A DNA stretch of 63,724 nucleotides, filler included, from Folioceros fuciformis (taxonomy: Eukaryota): the NCBI GenBank assembly GCA_049999805.1. It is 38 parts of 38 records of this genome, joined end to end, with 100 filler letters (N's around TTAATTAATTAA, not from the genome) between each part and the next. Parts side by side here need not be neighbours in the genome. Positions count along the whole stretch, not along the records: positions 12,577 to 14,334 come from JBNGIO010004275.1; positions 14,435 to 15,966 come from JBNGIO010004276.1; positions 16,067 to 17,218 come from JBNGIO010004277.1; positions 17,319 to 18,514 come from JBNGIO010004278.1; positions 18,615 to 19,766 come from JBNGIO010004279.1; positions 19,867 to 21,728 come from JBNGIO010004280.1; positions 21,829 to 23,258 come from JBNGIO010004281.1; positions 23,359 to 25,122 come from JBNGIO010004283.1; 30 more parts are not named here. The stretch is one strand, 5' to 3'. Shown in pieces: positions 12,579 to 25,419 of this stretch. The notes below the pieces were generated by a model that made no database searches, was not told the origin of the DNA, and saw nothing but the letters and a program-made list of their open reading frames with translations. The position numbers and the translations under genes were made by a program. Numbering within the stretch: the first letter of the stretch is position 1; every line of letters begins with the position of its first letter.

Positions 12579-12833
12579 ACTAATGATAATGGCACCGGCG
12601 AAGCTCCCGCTCCTAGAGGCAGCCAAAAAGCTACTACAAAAAGTGGGACGAAAGCCACACCAGCTGCGACCGCGAATCCAGCGCCTACAGGCGTCCGCCG
12701 CTCTGCTCGTATCCTAGAGAAGCAGCAGAATGCTCCAGCCCAAGATGCTCCTGCTGCGCCAAAATCGTCGCTGGGTAAGCGTGGGCGGAAAGAAGATGAT
12801 GGAGGGAAGGCGACTAAGCGTGCGAAGAAATAA
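12579..12833 (+). CDS. C-terminus of a probably fungal Lys/Ala/Pro-rich nuclear protein (copy 13463-13717)
   Basis: Open frame ...TGVRRSARILEKQQNAPAQDAPAAPKSSLGKRGRKEDDGGKATKRAKK* ends in a bipartite-NLS-like motif; not in the ORF track because it has no start codon. Confidence 0.55.
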   Translation, partial: TNDNGTGEAPAPRGSQKATTKSGTKATPAATANPAPTGVRRSARILEKQQNAPAQDAPAAPKSSLGKRGRKEDDGGKATKRAKK

Positions 12834-13203
12834 AGCCTAGTAACGTCACCTACTGTGAGGCGAGACACACATAGTCACGAGACACTTTTGCACGAAAATC
12901 CAAAAAAAAACTTGATCTATAAAGACGGCACCATTCTGAGAGCATCATGTTCGGTTCTGTGACATTCAATTCATCTACCTGCAGCTTGTGACCAAGATAT
13001 TCGCAGTATTGCCGATGCTATTCGTCATCTTCTCGTCGGTCTTCAAGCGCTTTCAGTCTTAAGACCCCTGTTAAAAGAGTCTTAGGGTAACTAATCGGTA
13101 TTTCGGAGAGTTGAAAATAGAGTTGCATTTACAGACACTCTAAGTTATGCTTTAAGCCTCATAGCGATTAACTAATACATATCTCTTTATAATAGAAAAA
13201 CTA

Positions 13204-13450
13204 ACGTGTATCCCTTCGTAACGGAACAACCGCTATAATGAATAAAATTATAGTTAATATCCCCCCCTAGGTCACGCAAATCCCGCCGTGCCACAAAGAA
13301 CCTGCAATTTTTGCATCTTAAAACCTATAATATTACTTCTAAAGTACTTTAATAATAAAAATCTTATTATTAAAGTTCTTCTCTTATAAGTTTAGAAAAG
13401 TAGCTAAAATATTATAGTATATTTAGTTCTATTATTACCTATTCTATATT
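13204..13450. mobile_element. Putative RIP-degraded fungal Tc1/mariner (Fot1/pogo-like) element end (copy 14088-14334)
   Basis: TA|ACGTGTATCCCTTCGTAACGGAAC... starts like the TA-flanked ACGT TIRs of fungal pogo-type elements. Sequence becomes TpA-rich and loses CpA/TpG toward 13450. Confidence 0.4.
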
Positions 13451-14762
13451 NNNNNNNNNNCTACTAATGATAATGGCACCGGCGAAGCTCCCGCTCCTAG
13501 AGGCAGCCAAAAAGCTACTACAAAAAGTGGGACGAAAGCCACACCAGCTGCGACCGCGAATCCAGCGCCTACAGGCGTCCGCCGCTCTGCTCGTATCCTA
13601 GAGAAGCAGCAGAATGCTCCAGCCCAAGATGCTCCTGCTGCGCCAAAATCGTCGCTGGGTAAGCGTGGGCGGAAAGAAGATGATGGAGGGAAGGCGACTA
13701 AGCGTGCGAAGAAATAAAGCCTAGTAACGTCACCTACTGTGAGGCGAGACACACATAGTCACGAGACACTTTTGCACGAAAATCCAAAAAAAAACTTGAT
13801 CTATAAAGACGGCACCATTCTGAGAGCATCATGTTCGGTTCTGTGACATTCAATTCATCTACCTGCAGCTTGTGACCAAGATATTCGCAGTATTGCCGAT
13901 GCTATTCGTCATCTTCTCGTCGGTCTTCAAGCGCTTTCAGTCTTAAGACCCCTGTTAAAAGAGTCTTAGGGTAACTAATCGGTATTTCGGAGAGTTGAAA
14001 ATAGAGTTGCATTTACAGACACTCTAAGTTATGCTTTAAGCCTCATAGCGATTAACTAATACATATCTCTTTATAATAGAAAAACTAACGTGTATCCCTT
14101 CGTAACGGAACAACCGCTATAATGAATAAAATTATAGTTAATATCCCCCCCTAGGTCACGCAAATCCCGCCGTGCCACAAAGAACCTGCAATTTTTGCAT
14201 CTTAAAACCTATAATATTACTTCTAAAGTACTTTAATAATAAAAATCTTATTATTAAAGTTCTTCTCTTATAAGTTTAGAAAAGTAGCTAAAATATTATA
14301 GTATATTTAGTTCTATTATTACCTATTCTATATTNNNNNNNNNNNNNNNNNNNNNNNNNNNNNNNNNNNNNNNNNNNNTTAATTAATTAANNNNNNNNNN
14401 NNNNNNNNNNNNNNNNNNNNNNNNNNNNNNNNNNGTTATGATGACATGAGGGATATCATCCGTCACCTCTACAGCAACCACTATGGCGGGCTGTGGCTTC
14501 TCTTCTCCCATGTAAAGGAAAATGTTTCACACATAACACTCTTTTATAAAAATAGGTAAGCCGTATTAGATTTTATTGATTCAACACTAAGTGTCGAAAT
14601 TTAAAGAACGAGGGAAATTTTGGAAAGAGAAAACTAATTACTCCTCGGCGGGAAGCTTGCGCTGAGCGGAGGGGCAGTCTGGAAGGGAAGCGATGTCTGA
14701 ATCTGTGTGGACGATCTGCAAGCGGAATTGCTGAAGAATTCCAGATCACCGGGGGAGAGATC

Positions 14763-15195
14763 TTAGACTGGGCCGGGAGCGGGAGCAGCCGCAGGCGAGG
14801 GGGTGGTGCCCTGGAAAGGAAGTTCCAGCTGGTGCACGATGTCGGCCGATACCTTGAAGGCCTTCTCCAAGACGACGTCAGCGATGCCGGTTCCAAAGAG
14901 GGAAGACGGGGCGCTCACGGTGCCGGGGTTGGCGCTGCTGAAGGAGGAGAAGGCGAGGGCGGGCACGGTGCCGGCGTTGTACTGGAAGTGCAGTAGGCCC
15001 TTGGGGAACACGAACAGGTCGCTCTGGAACAGCGTCTGCGTGTAGAGCTTGTTGTTGGTGTCGACGAACCCCACCTGCAGCGAGCCGTCGAGAACGAACA
15101 GGACCTCGGTGGCGCGCGGGTGAGTGTGCGGCGCGTTCAGAGTTTGCACGGGAAACTCTAGCAGAGCCACCGACACGCTCAGTCCAGTGAGGGCT
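14763..15195 (-). CDS. Germin-like protein (cupin), C-terminal part
   Basis: Germin boxes NAPHTHPRATE and DLFVFPKGLLHFQYN, plus SSANPG. Confidence 0.95.
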
Positions 15196-15533
15196 NNNNN
15201 NNNNNGTTATGATGACATGAGGGATATCATCCGTCACCTCTACAGCAACCACTATGGCGGGCTGTGGCTTCTCTTCTCCCATGTAAAGGAAAATGTTTCA
15301 CACATAACACTCTTTTATAAAAATAGGTAAGCCGTATTAGATTTTATTGATTCAACACTAAGTGTCGAAATTTAAAGAACGAGGGAAATTTTGGAAAGAG
15401 AAAACTAATTACTCCTCGGCGGGAAGCTTGCGCTGAGCGGAGGGGCAGTCTGGAAGGGAAGCGATGTCTGAATCTGTGTGGACGATCTGCAAGCGGAATT
15501 GCTGAAGAATTCCAGATCACCGGGGGAGAGATC

Positions 15534-15966
15534 TTAGACTGGGCCGGGAGCGGGAGCAGCCGCAGGCGAGGGGGTGGTGCCCTGGAAAGGAAGTTCCAGC
15601 TGGTGCACGATGTCGGCCGATACCTTGAAGGCCTTCTCCAAGACGACGTCAGCGATGCCGGTTCCAAAGAGGGAAGACGGGGCGCTCACGGTGCCGGGGT
15701 TGGCGCTGCTGAAGGAGGAGAAGGCGAGGGCGGGCACGGTGCCGGCGTTGTACTGGAAGTGCAGTAGGCCCTTGGGGAACACGAACAGGTCGCTCTGGAA
15801 CAGCGTCTGCGTGTAGAGCTTGTTGTTGGTGTCGACGAACCCCACCTGCAGCGAGCCGTCGAGAACGAACAGGACCTCGGTGGCGCGCGGGTGAGTGTGC
15901 GGCGCGTTCAGAGTTTGCACGGGAAACTCTAGCAGAGCCACCGACACGCTCAGTCCAGTGAGGGCT
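15534..15966 (-). CDS. Duplicate copy of the germin-like fragment
   Basis: Identical to 14763-15195. Confidence 0.9.
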
Positions 15967-16477
15967 NNNNNNNNNNNNNNNNNNNNNNNNNNNNNNNNNN
16001 NNNNNNNNNNTTAATTAATTAANNNNNNNNNNNNNNNNNNNNNNNNNNNNNNNNNNNNNNNNNNNNGAATAGCCAGCAAACGGAGTTGTAACGTTCGCCA
16101 GAATCAAAAGCGAACGCAACGTCAAATATGAAATCTTCAAAGGAATCTCCCAATAACTTTGTTAGCGCCCCTGCCAACAATTTACGGGTGAAATCTAGCA
16201 ATAAAATTTTTGTGATGCATCACTCGTTTCCCGAGTGCGCGTTCTTTGAAAAAGGCTGAAATCACGACTATTTAGCGAACTAGCCGCTCTTTCCTTGTAG
16301 GAAAGATTTCCTTCAAGAGCGCGCTGCGATCCAGTCGGAATGTGTTGAAGGTGACGTCATCCCTCAATCATTGCTGCATCGCAAATACACGAACTGGAAA
16401 AACTGCACGAAGAAATCCAGGATGCGCCTGGTAAGAGCACGGCCGAATTGTAGAGTAACACACGGTGGCCGGGCGTT

Positions 16478-16503
16478 GCCGGAGCCGACCTAACGGCTCC
16501 GGC
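16478..16503. terminator. Perfect 10-bp GC hairpin, possible terminator or REP-like element (copy 17104-17129)
   Basis: GCCGGAGCCG-ACCTAA-CGGCTCCGGC; no U tract. Confidence 0.3.
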
Positions 16504-17377
16504 GGTGGTGTATTCCAAACTCCTGATCGATCAGGTTTCAGCTTGGCTTGAACCCACCAGTCCTGTCGCAGGCTCTGTTACAGAGTGCGGACNNNNNNNN
16601 NNNNNNNNNNNNNNNNNNNNNNNNNNNNNNNNNNNNNNNNNNNNNNNNNNNNNNNNNNNNNNNNNNNNNNNNNNNNNNNNNNNNNNNNNNNNGAATAGCC
16701 AGCAAACGGAGTTGTAACGTTCGCCAGAATCAAAAGCGAACGCAACGTCAAATATGAAATCTTCAAAGGAATCTCCCAATAACTTTGTTAGCGCCCCTGC
16801 CAACAATTTACGGGTGAAATCTAGCAATAAAATTTTTGTGATGCATCACTCGTTTCCCGAGTGCGCGTTCTTTGAAAAAGGCTGAAATCACGACTATTTA
16901 GCGAACTAGCCGCTCTTTCCTTGTAGGAAAGATTTCCTTCAAGAGCGCGCTGCGATCCAGTCGGAATGTGTTGAAGGTGACGTCATCCCTCAATCATTGC
17001 TGCATCGCAAATACACGAACTGGAAAAACTGCACGAAGAAATCCAGGATGCGCCTGGTAAGAGCACGGCCGAATTGTAGAGTAACACACGGTGGCCGGGC
17101 GTTGCCGGAGCCGACCTAACGGCTCCGGCGGTGGTGTATTCCAAACTCCTGATCGATCAGGTTTCAGCTTGGCTTGAACCCACCAGTCCTGTCGCAGGCT
17201 CTGTTACAGAGTGCGGACNNNNNNNNNNNNNNNNNNNNNNNNNNNNNNNNNNNNNNNNNNNNTTAATTAATTAANNNNNNNNNNNNNNNNNNNNNNNNNN
17301 NNNNNNNNNNNNNNNNNNCTCCTAAGCGCATTTGGCCGGGTTTGGCCGGAACTCAATATGGAACAAGTGCTCCCGTG

Positions 17378-17779
17378 CTACAGGGTCGGTTTGGTCGCCT
17401 CGACGGCGTCGAGTTCGCGAGAGATGTCGGCTAGAACGGCCCGCGTGTCGGCTGGTAGAGCGATTGTCTCCCTGATTGTTTGTGCTTGAGATCGGGCAAG
17501 TCGGGCCATGTGGTGCATTCCAGCGGCATATTGAATCAGAACTCCGGCATCGCCAGGGGCATATTGTTGATGCGAAAATGCCTCTTCGATGAGAGCGCGC
17601 ATTCGTTCCGGCACCTCGTTCGAAATGTCTGGCGTCTCGACCGCAATCTCAGTGGAGCGGGCGAGAGCGCGAAGAGCGAGCGCGCAGACATCGGCGTCAG
17701 TCGGGCCGACATGGTGGCCGTCATCGGACGGTGCCTCAAGGGCGTTGGCGAGGGCGCGTAGGTAGCGGGCATCTAACAT
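17378..17779 (-). CDS. Bacterial or prophage-like hypothetical protein, 133 aa (copy 17981-18382)
   Basis: ATG preceded by an AGGAG Shine-Dalgarno (aacaggagattgacATG); complete ORF. Confidence 0.65.
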   Translation of the reverse strand: MLDARYLRALANALEAPSDDGHHVGPTDADVCALALRALARSTEIAVETPDISNEVPERMRALIEEAFSHQQYAPGDAGVLIQYAAGMHHMARLARSQAQTIRETIALPADTRAVLADISRELDAVEATKPTL

Positions 17780-19866
17780 GTCAATCTCCTGTTTTTGGAC
17801 ATGCGGGGGCGATCGCCGAAATGGGCTTCGGCGGGTAACGGCGAAACGTCTTGTGCTAGGGAGGCGTTATCGAGCGGCGGCTTCGGCGATCGCCGAAGCG
17901 CGTCGGAAGACNNNNNNNNNNCTCCTAAGCGCATTTGGCCGGGTTTGGCCGGAACTCAATATGGAACAAGTGCTCCCGTGCTACAGGGTCGGTTTGGTCG
18001 CCTCGACGGCGTCGAGTTCGCGAGAGATGTCGGCTAGAACGGCCCGCGTGTCGGCTGGTAGAGCGATTGTCTCCCTGATTGTTTGTGCTTGAGATCGGGC
18101 AAGTCGGGCCATGTGGTGCATTCCAGCGGCATATTGAATCAGAACTCCGGCATCGCCAGGGGCATATTGTTGATGCGAAAATGCCTCTTCGATGAGAGCG
18201 CGCATTCGTTCCGGCACCTCGTTCGAAATGTCTGGCGTCTCGACCGCAATCTCAGTGGAGCGGGCGAGAGCGCGAAGAGCGAGCGCGCAGACATCGGCGT
18301 CAGTCGGGCCGACATGGTGGCCGTCATCGGACGGTGCCTCAAGGGCGTTGGCGAGGGCGCGTAGGTAGCGGGCATCTAACATGTCAATCTCCTGTTTTTG
18401 GACATGCGGGGGCGATCGCCGAAATGGGCTTCGGCGGGTAACGGCGAAACGTCTTGTGCTAGGGAGGCGTTATCGAGCGGCGGCTTCGGCGATCGCCGAA
18501 GCGCGTCGGAAGACNNNNNNNNNNNNNNNNNNNNNNNNNNNNNNNNNNNNNNNNNNNNTTAATTAATTAANNNNNNNNNNNNNNNNNNNNNNNNNNNNNN
18601 NNNNNNNNNNNNNNCTTTTTTATTTTGTTTTGCTGTTCTTATGTTCAAACATAATGAAGCAATCACATATCTTTTTCTCATATTATATATATATATATAT
18701 ATAATATTTTTCATTATTTTGTGCTTATATAAGTCGCCAATACATACATAAGCCTCCAACTTAGAAAAGCGGTAGATTAGTAAGGGACTTTGTCAATGGG
18801 GAGTCACAACATATGACAATCGTACATGTTTGTTGATATTCCATATTTGAAGTCAAGATTATAATTATCAACTAAAAGCTAAAGTAACATGAGACAAAAG
18901 TATGTCCAAAATCACTTAACTTCTCAATCATGGTTTTCTATGTCTCCACATTGTGATTAAGTTGAACTAAATAAAGAGAGAAAATTAGTCATCGCACCAA
19001 AGTATGGATAGAAGACTTGTTACGCGACAAAGTGTAAATATTTAAATGAGAAAGTATTATAAAAAACTCTTATAAGAATATATATTTTATTCAAAAGGGT
19101 AAATATTGAATAAATAAAATATTAATAAAAGCTATTTATTATAATAATATATGATAAAAATAATATTTAAAGCATAATGATATACNNNNNNNNNNCTTTT
19201 TTATTTTGTTTTGCTGTTCTTATGTTCAAACATAATGAAGCAATCACATATCTTTTTCTCATATTATATATATATATATATATAATATTTTTCATTATTT
19301 TGTGCTTATATAAGTCGCCAATACATACATAAGCCTCCAACTTAGAAAAGCGGTAGATTAGTAAGGGACTTTGTCAATGGGGAGTCACAACATATGACAA
19401 TCGTACATGTTTGTTGATATTCCATATTTGAAGTCAAGATTATAATTATCAACTAAAAGCTAAAGTAACATGAGACAAAAGTATGTCCAAAATCACTTAA
19501 CTTCTCAATCATGGTTTTCTATGTCTCCACATTGTGATTAAGTTGAACTAAATAAAGAGAGAAAATTAGTCATCGCACCAAAGTATGGATAGAAGACTTG
19601 TTACGCGACAAAGTGTAAATATTTAAATGAGAAAGTATTATAAAAAACTCTTATAAGAATATATATTTTATTCAAAAGGGTAAATATTGAATAAATAAAA
19701 TATTAATAAAAGCTATTTATTATAATAATATATGATAAAAATAATATTTAAAGCATAATGATATACNNNNNNNNNNNNNNNNNNNNNNNNNNNNNNNNNN
19801 NNNNNNNNNNTTAATTAATTAANNNNNNNNNNNNNNNNNNNNNNNNNNNNNNNNNNNNNNNNNNNN

Positions 19867-21728
19867 TATCTATACTTACTACTATTACTACTATATACTA
19901 TACTACTACTATTAGAACTTTAGCTTTTTTTAGAAAATTTATATACTTTTTAGTATATATATTATATTAACTTTAAGTACGTAAAAAATCTTTATTAATA
20001 AAAAGTATTTTTATAAAGCTATTAATTATTTCTATTAATAGACTTTATATATCTTTATTAAAAAGACTTAAATTCTTTACTATACTTTTTAGTAAATAAA
20101 GCTTAGAGTTTTTATTTTTAAAGTTTTATTTATTTAAAGCTATAACTTTTTTTAACTAAAATTAACTAAAAGCTTTTTATATTAAGTTTTATTTAAATTA
20201 TATAAATAGTATATTTTTAAAGTACTTCTTAGAGAATACTATAATTCTAGTACTAGAAAAATATAGTATTAGTACTATTTTTCTAGATTCTCTTATATAA
20301 AAGTATAAGTAGCTTATTAATTATTATTTTTTATATTATTACTAATTATATATTAGACCTAGAATTACTTATAGATTAGTATAGAAGCTTATTAAGTTTC
20401 TATATAATAGAAAGAACTTTCTACTATATATAAAGCTTACTAAAATCTATAGAAAGCTTTATATACTTCTTATAAAAGAGTAGTATAAGAAGAAGAAAAA
20501 AAAGAAGAAGAGTAAAAAGAGCTCTTATATTACTTTTTCTACTACTTCTTTTATTATTACTTCTACCTTTAGCTACTACTACTACTATTATACTTTCTTT
20601 CTAGTAGAGCTCTTTATAAAAGTATTTATTTAGTACTAATAGACTTAGAAGCTTTTTAAAGAGTTTCTAGAGATTCTTATAATATAGAAACTTAGTACTT
20701 AGTACTTTAGTATTTTAATAATACTTTATTCTATTTTATAGTTATTCTCTAATTTATTATAGTTATAGTTTAGTTTTAATTTAGATATATATNNNNNNNN
20801 NNTATCTATACTTACTACTATTACTACTATATACTATACTACTACTATTAGAACTTTAGCTTTTTTTAGAAAATTTATATACTTTTTAGTATATATATTA
20901 TATTAACTTTAAGTACGTAAAAAATCTTTATTAATAAAAAGTATTTTTATAAAGCTATTAATTATTTCTATTAATAGACTTTATATATCTTTATTAAAAA
21001 GACTTAAATTCTTTACTATACTTTTTAGTAAATAAAGCTTAGAGTTTTTATTTTTAAAGTTTTATTTATTTAAAGCTATAACTTTTTTTAACTAAAATTA
21101 ACTAAAAGCTTTTTATATTAAGTTTTATTTAAATTATATAAATAGTATATTTTTAAAGTACTTCTTAGAGAATACTATAATTCTAGTACTAGAAAAATAT
21201 AGTATTAGTACTATTTTTCTAGATTCTCTTATATAAAAGTATAAGTAGCTTATTAATTATTATTTTTTATATTATTACTAATTATATATTAGACCTAGAA
21301 TTACTTATAGATTAGTATAGAAGCTTATTAAGTTTCTATATAATAGAAAGAACTTTCTACTATATATAAAGCTTACTAAAATCTATAGAAAGCTTTATAT
21401 ACTTCTTATAAAAGAGTAGTATAAGAAGAAGAAAAAAAAGAAGAAGAGTAAAAAGAGCTCTTATATTACTTTTTCTACTACTTCTTTTATTATTACTTCT
21501 ACCTTTAGCTACTACTACTACTATTATACTTTCTTTCTAGTAGAGCTCTTTATAAAAGTATTTATTTAGTACTAATAGACTTAGAAGCTTTTTAAAGAGT
21601 TTCTAGAGATTCTTATAATATAGAAACTTAGTACTTAGTACTTTAGTATTTTAATAATACTTTATTCTATTTTATAGTTATTCTCTAATTTATTATAGTT
21701 ATAGTTTAGTTTTAATTTAGATATATAT
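19867..21728. repeat. RIP-saturated fungal repeat relic (19867-20792, duplicated 20803-21728)
   Basis: No CpA or TpG found by eye in 926 bp; strong TpA excess; nearly every C is followed by T and nearly every G is preceded by A. Confidence 0.85.
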
Positions 21729-23358
21729 NNNNNNNNNNNNNNNNNNNNNNNNNNNNNNNNNNNNNNNNNNNNTTAATTAATTAANNNNNNNNNNNNNNNN
21801 NNNNNNNNNNNNNNNNNNNNNNNNNNNNGTGTTGTACATTTTATAGTAAATCTGCACAACTTAATTTTATACAATATTATTATTGATAAGAATATAACAT
21901 TTTTTTATATTTATATAAATTAATTTCATATATCTATGACTATAAAATATTTAAATAATTCTTAAATATAATAATAAAATTTAGACATATACTAATCTTA
22001 GTTATAGTTCTTTTATTTACTTTATTTATGGGTTTAGAAATTGACTAATACCACATTGATCATCATCATAGTTGCAAAACAACTAATAATATATATAATA
22101 TTATAGATAAATAAATTTAAAATTTATCATATGATAAGTTTGTGGTAAATATTATTGTCAATATGTTTATTTTATTTATCTTTTCTTAAAGTTTTGTTTT
22201 TAATTCTTGACTCATGTACATAGTAGATTTGGTGTAGTTAATTCGATTATGTTACTTATTAAATTATCTAGAATTTAAATAATATTTAATAATATGTATT
22301 ATTAAAATTATTTTTAGAAAAAACCTAATAATATTGACAATAATTTATATTTTATAAATAGTTCCATTAGTTCTGGAAGTGCGTTGGCTATAATGCCGTA
22401 ATATATTTTCTTCATTTTTTTACTAATAAATATTTATTTTATTTTATTTTATTTTATTTTATTTTATTTACTAATGTGCCATGTTTGTTGGCAATAATAA
22501 TGTTCTGGATAAGGTAGATGTGCGACTTCTCCTAGAAGNNNNNNNNNNGTGTTGTACATTTTATAGTAAATCTGCACAACTTAATTTTATACAATATTAT
22601 TATTGATAAGAATATAACATTTTTTTATATTTATATAAATTAATTTCATATATCTATGACTATAAAATATTTAAATAATTCTTAAATATAATAATAAAAT
22701 TTAGACATATACTAATCTTAGTTATAGTTCTTTTATTTACTTTATTTATGGGTTTAGAAATTGACTAATACCACATTGATCATCATCATAGTTGCAAAAC
22801 AACTAATAATATATATAATATTATAGATAAATAAATTTAAAATTTATCATATGATAAGTTTGTGGTAAATATTATTGTCAATATGTTTATTTTATTTATC
22901 TTTTCTTAAAGTTTTGTTTTTAATTCTTGACTCATGTACATAGTAGATTTGGTGTAGTTAATTCGATTATGTTACTTATTAAATTATCTAGAATTTAAAT
23001 AATATTTAATAATATGTATTATTAAAATTATTTTTAGAAAAAACCTAATAATATTGACAATAATTTATATTTTATAAATAGTTCCATTAGTTCTGGAAGT
23101 GCGTTGGCTATAATGCCGTAATATATTTTCTTCATTTTTTTACTAATAAATATTTATTTTATTTTATTTTATTTTATTTTATTTTATTTACTAATGTGCC
23201 ATGTTTGTTGGCAATAATAATGTTCTGGATAAGGTAGATGTGCGACTTCTCCTAGAAGNNNNNNNNNNNNNNNNNNNNNNNNNNNNNNNNNNNNNNNNNN
23301 NNTTAATTAATTAANNNNNNNNNNNNNNNNNNNNNNNNNNNNNNNNNNNNNNNNNNNN

Positions 23359-23548
23359 GAGTGGTCTTTGCATCCTGCGCCGATGCGGGAGCGTATGGCA
23401 GCGCCAGTCCAACAAGTCCGGCGGCCAGACCGATAATGGTAGGCAAAACATGTTGGTCATACCAGTTTGCCCGTTGTGGGCGTGTTTTTTGACCAAATAT
23501 TGATCCCCGGCCGTTGCTGGTCCGGGCAGTCGCGCCGTGCATCGACAT
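23359..23548 (-). CDS. N-terminus of a secreted bacterial protein with signal peptide (copy 24246-24435)
   Basis: Hydrophobic stretch IIGLAAGLVGLAL followed by an ASA-Q cleavage motif (PASAQD). Confidence 0.5.
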
Positions 23549-23980
23549 CCGTTATCCCCTCAGAATGGCATAATTTTTTGCATATTCGAGGCGTAGCGGC
23601 CTCTTGACCGAAGGGCCAAGCCTCATGAGGGAAAAGCTAATATGGTCAGGCCTGTCTGTCGAGGTGAAGTTTTGGCCAGACCAATGGTTGCAATTTCGGC
23701 AGTTGCCCGGCAATTGGTCAGGGACGATATCGATCCGCGCTCGTATCGCCTCATTTGGCCGATCGATCCGTTTGGCCAGTACCTCTGCTACGGCGCACAA
23801 CTGCGGCCCTGCACACGCCAGCGCCGCGATCGAACGATCCGGCCTGCCCTGTCGGGATGGAGCCTCGTCAATCCGGCTCATGTCGGCAGATGCGTCTGCA
23901 CGATCCTGCCAAGCGGCCCGCGTCAGGTGAACCCTTTGCGACACGAAGCGCCGCGGCGGCAGTGGGAGCTATCTGGCCCT

Positions 23981-24235
23981 TCACTGCCCCATTGCGGACA
24001 GTTCCTCCTTCGCACGCGTGCTCCAGCGGGCGGCGCTCCTGAGGTACTCGGCTGCCCTGGCTCGGTCAGCCGGATAGCCTCCTCGCCCTTCCGTCATGTC
24101 GTGGGCGAGCGCGAGAGCGGCATCTTCGTTGCCCTGGTCGGCCGCGAGCTTGTAGAGCCGTGCCGCTTCAGCCGCATCCTGGGACAGGCCGCCCCTGCCC
24201 TCCTCATGGTACCGCCCGAGGTCGTAGAGGCCGAA
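23981..24235 (-). CDS. Sel1-like repeat protein, C-terminus (copy 24868-25122)
   Basis: Manual translation FGLYDLGRYHEEGRGGLSQDAAEAARLYKLAADQGNEDAALALAHDMTEGRGGYPADRARAAEYLRSAA...* gives two SLR repeats. Confidence 0.85.
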   Translation of the reverse strand, partial: FGLYDLGRYHEEGRGGLSQDAAEAARLYKLAADQGNEDAALALAHDMTEGRGGYPADRARAAEYLRSAARWSTRAKEELSAMGQ

Positions 24236-25222
24236 NNNNNNNNNNGAGTGGTCTTTGCATCCTGCGCCGATGCGGGAGCGTATGGCAGCGCCAGTCCAAC
24301 AAGTCCGGCGGCCAGACCGATAATGGTAGGCAAAACATGTTGGTCATACCAGTTTGCCCGTTGTGGGCGTGTTTTTTGACCAAATATTGATCCCCGGCCG
24401 TTGCTGGTCCGGGCAGTCGCGCCGTGCATCGACATCCGTTATCCCCTCAGAATGGCATAATTTTTTGCATATTCGAGGCGTAGCGGCCTCTTGACCGAAG
24501 GGCCAAGCCTCATGAGGGAAAAGCTAATATGGTCAGGCCTGTCTGTCGAGGTGAAGTTTTGGCCAGACCAATGGTTGCAATTTCGGCAGTTGCCCGGCAA
24601 TTGGTCAGGGACGATATCGATCCGCGCTCGTATCGCCTCATTTGGCCGATCGATCCGTTTGGCCAGTACCTCTGCTACGGCGCACAACTGCGGCCCTGCA
24701 CACGCCAGCGCCGCGATCGAACGATCCGGCCTGCCCTGTCGGGATGGAGCCTCGTCAATCCGGCTCATGTCGGCAGATGCGTCTGCACGATCCTGCCAAG
24801 CGGCCCGCGTCAGGTGAACCCTTTGCGACACGAAGCGCCGCGGCGGCAGTGGGAGCTATCTGGCCCTTCACTGCCCCATTGCGGACAGTTCCTCCTTCGC
24901 ACGCGTGCTCCAGCGGGCGGCGCTCCTGAGGTACTCGGCTGCCCTGGCTCGGTCAGCCGGATAGCCTCCTCGCCCTTCCGTCATGTCGTGGGCGAGCGCG
25001 AGAGCGGCATCTTCGTTGCCCTGGTCGGCCGCGAGCTTGTAGAGCCGTGCCGCTTCAGCCGCATCCTGGGACAGGCCGCCCCTGCCCTCCTCATGGTACC
25101 GCCCGAGGTCGTAGAGGCCGAANNNNNNNNNNNNNNNNNNNNNNNNNNNNNNNNNNNNNNNNNNNNTTAATTAATTAANNNNNNNNNNNNNNNNNNNNNN
25201 NNNNNNNNNNNNNNNNNNNNNN

Positions 25223-25419
25223 GGGAATTTCATCAAATGAACCCGCCGGATTCAAAAGCCTTGCACGACGCAAACTTTCTCTTTGGATTCGACTTAAATC
25301 ATATTCTTGCCGAAAGAGGGGCTGCAATAACAAATGAGGACAGTTGGGAGTGGTGTCATCGAATTCTAAACATGCGTAGCAAAAAAGACACAGTTTGCCC
25401 GAAATTATATTTGGCATAG
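25223..25419 (+). CDS. C-terminus of an unidentified, probably bacterial protein (copy 25791-25987)
   Basis: Frame is open from the contig start to TAG; no family recognised. Confidence 0.35.

Noticed and set aside
8437-15966. Horizontal transfer, or a SABATH-bacterial-fungal-germin gene cluster
   Set aside because: The genes sit on separate scaffolds joined by artificial spacers.
18615-19185. RIP in this AT-rich contig and in 21829-22538
   Set aside because: CpA/TpG are plentiful; ordinary AT-rich non-coding DNA with (TA)n and (TTTTA)n microsatellites.
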